Below, one piece after another: positions 56,811-64,000 of a DNA stretch of 64,000 nucleotides (position 1 is its first letter; each line of letters opens with the position of its first letter). The notes under the pieces are model-generated. The model ran no database searches and was not told where the DNA came from. It saw only the letters and a list, made by a program, of their open reading frames with translations. The position numbers were made by a program, and so were the translations under genes. This stretch comes from Octopus sinensis (Eukaryota): positions 73,842,001 through 73,906,000 of the forward strand of contig NC_043003.1 in assembly GCF_006345805.1 (NCBI RefSeq). Reading direction: 5' to 3'.

Positions 56811-57234
56811 CTTAAAACAGAGATGATGTAAACGTCAATTTATCTAATGCTGAATTGCGAAGAGGATTCTAACTGAAATATCTATGATATGGATATGAGC
56901 CTGCATCCATTTTCAGTGGTACCTAATAAGTACTTTTCACTTTATATGTGCGTATATATACATTTTCTATGTGTCAGAAGTATGACACATACTGTGGAAA
57001 CAGAAATGCTAAGAACATTTATGCAAGTGTAGGAATATATATGTATGTGGATGTATGTATGTATGTATGTATGTATATATGCATGTATGTGTGTATACCT
57101 GACTGAATCGTGAACACGATGGTCAAAGCGTTCAACAACATTTAGTCAGTCTTTACGTCTTCTTCACATATTAATCGACTTAAACACTCACTCAAACCTG
57201 CCGACCTTGCGCCAAAGGTTGAAACGTATATATA

Positions 57235-57291
<57 letters not shown>

Positions 57292-58919
57292 ATATATGTA
57301 TGTGTGTGTCTCTGTGTGTCTGTTCATTCTCATTCGAGTCTATCCTTGTATTTGCACACATGCTACCGTGCGTCACAACAAGATGGAATGTTTTCTGCAC
57401 ACTCTCTCTCCTACAAGCACTGAAATCTTGCTCTCAATTCCAGCATACTAAACGCAAAACAAATATTATATCAAGTGAACTCTTAAAAAGTAATGTATTA
57501 ATTTTCTGTAATGTATTAATATTATATTATTAAATTTCTGTAACACCCTTTCATAAGTAATGTATTAACTTTCTGGCATACACTTTCACACTTAGAAGGA
57601 CAAGTTCTTATGTTTAACAATAAATCTATCACCTCTTATGATAGGGCGCACTATGTAACTAATGCATGAACATCTCAGAAAGTATTCCACAAATGTATGA
57701 TAGAAATAAAATCGTGATATTTAAAACCTAAGCACATTAAAATATTCAGAATGATTTCTACAGTAACATCGCTCAACTGCATGTGATTTTAGATTCTTCT
57801 GAGATATTGTAATATATTTTATTACTGTCAAAGCCAGCTGCTTGATATTGCTTAGTGATGCGATGAATATAAGTTACTGATAGTCCACCGATTTAGAAAC
57901 AGTCCAATCCTCAATTATTTTCTTTCACCTTAACACTGACGAAGGTCTTTTTTTCTGAAGTACTGTGTTTTCCTATGTTTACAGCATACATGCTTAATTA
58001 TTTAAGTTTTCCTATGAAATATAATTGTTGCCGACACACAAATTCTATTCCTGGGAATTTCTTTTGTCTAATATTCCGAATCTAGTGATCGTCTCGGCTA
58101 CGACTTACCGTACATGTCTCAACAGCTTTCCAAGGAATTTTCAAGTGGTCTGTGACGCATTTTTGAGGCCTGTCACTCTGATTTATAGGATATAAAAATG
58201 TCTTTTGTTTTTCAACTTTTCTCAACTCGTTGGGGGGACTTTGTCCACATTGTCGAAACTCCCACTCCGTATGCATACATATTTAATTTATTCTGTTATT
58301 TCCCCAAAACGCTCTGCTTGTCGACTGAAACCACTAGCTGGTAACTTTAGATTTTGGTTTATTTTTTTTTTTCTTTTTCTTTTGTGCATTTGCAATCACG
58401 AGCAGTTATAAAATCCCTCTCAAAATCCTGTTCTTGATTGGCAGGAACAGCAATGATATGACAGCTAGAAAGATAGAAAACTGCCTCAATGTTTGGCTGG
58501 TACTCATTTTTAGTTGGGTAGACTTCAATAATAGGAACTGAATTACTTCTCCCAAGGATACAACATGAAATCTGATCCAGAAATAGAAATCACGACCGTA
58601 TAAACGTATGCTTAATAACCTATCAACTAGGCTACATGAGCTGTTATTAATTTGATATTATATACTACTCGATTAAAACACAATTATTCAAAAATATCTG
58701 CTGCAAATCTAATGTCTTTGAAAGACATGTTTGTGTATGTATCCGTTAAAATTAACACAAAATACCTTATCTTTTCGTTACTGTTTTCCTTGCTTCAATA
58801 ACTGGATGGTGGTGATGCTTGGACATCATTTCGAAAGGTTTTAGTCAATCAAATCAACACCAGCATTTAATTGTTAATTGTTAAAAGCTTTGTATTTATT
58901 ATATCAGTTTCTAATTTAC

Positions 58920-59170
58920 GGGGACATATACAAACCAACTTCGATTGTCAAGCGGCGGCTGAGGTCAGAGCAAGCACAAAGACAAACAATGAAATAAAAC
59001 ACACGCAGGTACGCATATACGATGGGGTTCTTCGGTTTCGGTCTACCAAATCATAGCATGAGGCTTTCGTCGGCTCGGAGCTATAATAGGAGAAGCTTGA
59101 CCATGGAACCATGCACTTAGACTCAAACTGGAATTCATGTAGTCGGGAAGCAACTTTTTACCCCACAGAA
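58920..59170 (-). mobile_element. SINE S1, decayed
   Basis: GATTGTCAAGCG...GGTTTCGGTCTACCAAATC...GGCTTTCGTCGGCTCGGAGCTATA matches the S1 body. Confidence 0.65.
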
Positions 59171-59594
59171 ATATGTGGACCCGAAGATGACTGAATAACG
59201 AAGGCTCCATGCAGATTCGAACTCTCGATATCTATTTTATTAGACTCGCTCTGTAATCAGCTGATCTCTGGACCATTCTAATATTTTCAGAATATCAGGG
59301 AGAGGTGAAGGTATAGTTGTATATCCAAATGTTTGCAACAGTCAATATGTTTTAAGCGGCAGTTAAGTAACACGCCGATTTATTAAATTTGGCGCTAATT
59401 ATATCTACCAGCTCGAATCTGTTCCTCAGAAAAAAACAAATAAAATGTAAGTGCCAACATTGCTATTACATCTTTTTGTCGACTCTGTACTTTGGTAGAA
59501 TAGATTTAATAAATCATTCTGACATGGATAGGATCCTAGCTATAGAGGTAAGAATTATATTGCACAACTTACAAGGGCATGGTTAAATTTATAT

Positions 59595-59975
59595 ATTCTT
59601 TTATTCTTTTATTCGTTTACATGTCTTAGCCATTTTGACTGCAGCCATGCTGGAGCAACGCCTTTAGTCGAGCAAATCGACGCCAGTACTATTCTATCAG
59701 GCTCTTTTACCGAACTGCTAGGTTACACGGAGACGTAAACGCACCACCATCGGTTGTCAAGCGCGATGTTGGGGGTACAAACTCACACACACAGACACAC
59801 AAACACAAACGCACACACACGACGAGCTTCCTTCAGTTTCCGCATACCAAATCCACGCACAAGGCGTTGGTAGGCCCGGAGCTATAGGAGAAGACACTTG
59901 CCCAAGGTGCTACGCAGTTTGACCTTGGGCAAGTGGTTGGTAAGCAAGCTACTTACCCAGCGGCCACTTCTGTTC
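59595..59975 (-). mobile_element. SINE S1, near full length, B-box region replaced by a local inversion
   Basis: Collinear with 5821-6212. Confidence 0.87.
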
Positions 59976-60886
59976 CTGATAATATAGTTATTTTAATTTT
60001 ATTTTTAGGATAGATTATAAGGGAATTTCTCGTTTGCCAATTTAGCAGTAACAGAAACATTAGTTTGTTTCTGCTGTAGATATTAACAAATTTAGCATAA
60101 ATGAAAAAAACAGATGTGACTTGTTTAACAACTTTTCAACAGTAAGATATAAAATTTTGAGATATAATCTGTTTTATCATAAATCTTCCTTCGAGCCCCA
60201 TGCACTGTCATATATTTCCATGTTTCATATTATTAAACATGAAGCAACTGCTTTGTAATTAATAAATATCAGGCTGTCAGAATACGTTGAATTTGAGATA
60301 ATTAGTTGAAAGAATGTATCTGCGTCAACGGATTATTACGCTTCACTTATTTGCTAATAATTCGTAATGAGAAATCGTTCATATTAGATTTATAATGGAA
60401 CAAATTGTTAAATGTTAAATGGAGAAAATTCAGAATTTATATGATACTTAAAACATTAAATGATATGTTATTAATAGTTATATGCTCTAAAGATAGAAAA
60501 TGCCTACATTTTTCAGAGGAAGTTTTCCGTCAATTTAATTGGAACTAAGATTTGATTGATTCTTCCATAGACGAACATGGCATTATGAGAAAGTATAATG
60601 GCCCACATAAGACGTTAAGTTTATAGGTAATGATGCTAATCGTGTATTATCAATATCAGCTCTGAAAATAATACTACTACTAAAAATTATTTCTAATTTA
60701 TGTAGAAAGCTAGCAATTTTGAAGAAAGGAAATTCGATGATATCTTCCATTGCCATGGTAAATTATTTTATCGACACCAGAACGATGAAAAGAGAAGTTG
60801 ACCGGGGCGCTTATTGAACTAACAATCAATAAAATATCCATAAGCAATTGTTTATTACTCTAAAGATTCTACCAATTAGCAGAGTA

Positions 60887-60937
60887 CTGCTGCTGCTGCT
60901 GCTACTACTACTACTACTACCACTACTACTACTACTA

Positions 60938-60979
<42 letters not shown>

Positions 60980-61020
60980 ATAATAATAATAATAATAATA
61001 ATATAATAATAATAATAATG

Positions 61021-61062
<42 letters not shown>

Positions 61063-61092
61063 TAATATAATAATAATAATGATAATAATAAA
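60887..61092. repeat. (CTG)n-(CTA)n-(TAA)n compound microsatellite
   Basis: Directly visible. Confidence 0.96.
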
Positions 61093-61645
61093 TGCTCTGA
61101 TGCAGTACCGGGCAGTGGCTCTCAAGGCTTCTGATCTTAACTGATTGGAAGTGTTAGCATGTACATTGTTTTGTCTTGGTATAAAAGATGGGCTACAGAA
61201 AATATTCTGCTCAATACCACAGATTTGCTTGTCAGTTGTTTGACCTTAACCAGTTGAGCATGTCCCTTAGTGGCTGACAATACATGCATCTCTGATCACG
61301 AGCAGAAATAGTGGGGGAGCATCATAGCCATGTGTTGAGGGGGATTCTTTGGGGTTTGAATAATTCACCTTTGGAAACATAGGTGTTTCGTTCATCATCC
61401 TAAAGAAACCGTTATTCAGGGACCTTTTGAGCGGGATGGGCTACTCGACCTGAAGAAAATTCTAACTAGGCCCCACCTGCAAGGTCATGTGCTGTTTATC
61501 TTGATATGAGATCACCATGTCGCGCACATATGGTTGTGATGCATGTGCCTGGTGTACCCTTATCAGACGGGTAGTCATGATGGGTATGCTGGGCTTTGTA
61601 TATTTTACCCCAGTGTCACTTTGATGGTATGCACTGCTCTCACTC
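61093..61645 (+). mobile_element. Element A, copy A5 (full length)
   Basis: TGCTCTGATGCAGTACCGGGCAGTGG...GCACTGCTCTCACTC with (AAT)n on both sides. Confidence 0.9.
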
Positions 61646-62180
<535 letters not shown>

Positions 62181-62399
62181 CATAATAATATCTTTATTAA
62201 TCACAAGGATTATCTGAAGGAAAACATGGACAGCATAGGACAACAAAAAAGATGTGTGTGTCAGTGTGTGTAGTTAGGAGAGTTTTGCGTGTAACGTAGA
62301 ATGATAAAATTATAGAAACAAAGGCGACCAACAATGTGTAGTCTTCAGTAGGGAGGAGACGTTCAAGTGCTGCTCATAGAAAAACCCCATAAAACCGTG

Positions 62400-63392
62400 G
62401 GTGCCCTTTATTTTGAGACATGTGACTTTTTCCTTTCGTTTCTTTTTCCAGCTACAGACGTATGATCAGGGCAGGCCCATTCACTTGTACAATTCTCGTC
62501 ACTTTCTTCCACCTTTCAGAAAATGTATTAGAAAACAACACTTCCCTTTCTACCCATAATTTTCTTTTCAAGTGAAACCTAAAGAAGTTCATAAGCGTTT
62601 GGCCAAAGAAAAAAGTGTTTGTCTTCAGCCCTTTCAATCTGATCCACCACACAACATCTTAGGCCATGGCCACCATGCATATAAAAACATCCTTTCCTTC
62701 CCGGTTAAAGGAAGGAGGCGAGGCGATAGTCACGATGGATTCAGTTGACAGCCGGATCTATCTCACACGCGATAGTAAGTGTTCGACATAAACCCACAGG
62801 TCAGCAATGCTCTGGCGAGTGTATGCAGTACCGTCTCTTCGTCCTGCGCGCATCTCAGACATGCTCGGCTAACTTCACTTCCTTGCCAGTAAAAATTTAT
62901 CTTGAGCAGGCAAAAATACCCGGTAGCACTGCAACGCCAGAATTTTGGAACTTATTCGTCTGTCCCGGCGCAAAAAGATCTCCGAAAAAGAGTGATTAGC
63001 TGATATTTTTCGACACCTAAGTTCTCCCCGAGAACATTCATCGCACTTTTCCTCCACTAAACCTGTATAAAACTTTTCCCATGATATTCCCGTTTCTTCT
63101 ATCGTACATTATAAGTGTTCTCACAGTCACCATCCATGCGGGGAAATTTATCTTTTTAGACACACTCATTGAATTAAACTGATAGTCTTTCATGCACCGC
63201 TTGAGATCTCTTGAGACTGGGGCCATGAATCTCATCTGGACCGGGGGCTTTCCAGTTAGGCATTATACACGCTTGTTCTTTCAGATCACCCATGTTTATG
63301 ACAATATTCTTTTGTTTCTCTCATCCTTTTATTTCTGTCTTGACAATTCCTACCCACGTTGCAGCCCTTTTATGAACCACATTGTTTCCCCA
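62400..63392 (-). mobile_element. Second R4/Dong-type LINE RT fragment, 5'-truncated at (AAT)n
   Basis: Minus frames give PNWKAPGPDEIHG, HERL, FPAWMVTVRT..MYDRRNGN and A*DVVWWI (AYD.VPHSWI-like); the 5' end abuts a minus-strand (AAT)n tract. Confidence 0.75.
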
Positions 63393-63432
<40 letters not shown>

Positions 63433-63490
63433 CATCATTATCATTATCATTATCATTATCATTATCAGTATCATTATTATTATCATTATT

Positions 63491-63586
<96 letters not shown>

Positions 63587-63684
63587 TTTAGTTTTATTAT
63601 TATTATTGTTGTTGTTGTTGTTATTATTATTATTATCATCATCATTATCATTATTATTATTATAATTTAATATCATTATTATCA

Positions 63685-63721
<37 letters not shown>

Positions 63722-63751
63722 CATTATTATTATTATTATTGTTATTATCAA

Positions 63752-63794
<43 letters not shown>

Positions 63795-63830
63795 GTCGTT
63801 GTTATTATTATTGCTGTTGTCATCATTGTC
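63392..63830. repeat. (ATT)n/(ATC)n/(ATTATC)n microsatellite
   Basis: Directly visible. Confidence 0.96.
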
Positions 63831-64000
63831 CTTGTTCTTGTAGTTATCGAATACTATAATGATTTTCTTATGACTTTCATTATTTCTTTATTTGTCTTCA
63901 TGTAAAACCTTATTTTCAGTCTGTGTCTTTCTTTCTCTTTTATGTTACGATTTATTTGAACACTTGTTTTCCATTATCTCTGGTCATTTTATTTCGAGTC

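Noticed and set aside
57198-57228. CTGCCGA-CCTT..AAGG-TTGAAAC-GTA next to (TA)n
   Set aside because: The core A6 is mutated and there is no helix I or III.
58082-58276. ORF with WEFRQCG and KC...IPW.AVETC resembling GILT thiol reductase, ending near a GTAAGT donor
   Set aside because: Lacks the CQHG..EC signature, has an upstream stop, and I saw no other GILT exons; a Tc1 fragment or chance is equally plausible.

Overview
AT-rich, repeat-saturated eukaryotic DNA, very probably Octopus or another cephalopod. That assignment is inferred from the tRNA-headed, CORE-like SINEs resembling the octopus OK/OR families and from the very high microsatellite density. I find no intact protein-coding gene: nearly all ORFs in the supplied track are translations of microsatellites or transposon remnants. 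The window holds one near-full-length but disabled Tc1, five mariner remnants, two R4/Dong-type LINE RT fragments, decayed Penelope-like pieces, about a dozen SINEs of four types, and a ~550-bp element always embedded in (TAA)n, part of which is tandemly duplicated at 29.2-30.9 kb. The most interesting signal is a set of small non-coding elements next to (TA)n tracts that carry minimal type-I hammerhead ribozyme (HHR) cores (CUGANGA...GAAAC-short or palindromic helix III-GUH). They occur in three architectures: (1) a 375-bp fold-back with an HHR exactly at its apex (16067-16441), plus a decayed second example (41852-42050); (2) a perfect 457-bp palindrome with one intact HHR per strand (53543-53999); (3) ~340-bp direct repeats with HHR cleavage sites 582 nt apart (51290-52211), which is retrozyme-like. 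HHRs in Penelope-like elements and animal retrozymes are established; the apex-HHR fold-back is the arrangement I cannot match to a described class. All calls were made by eye with no database search, and boundaries of decayed elements are approximate.
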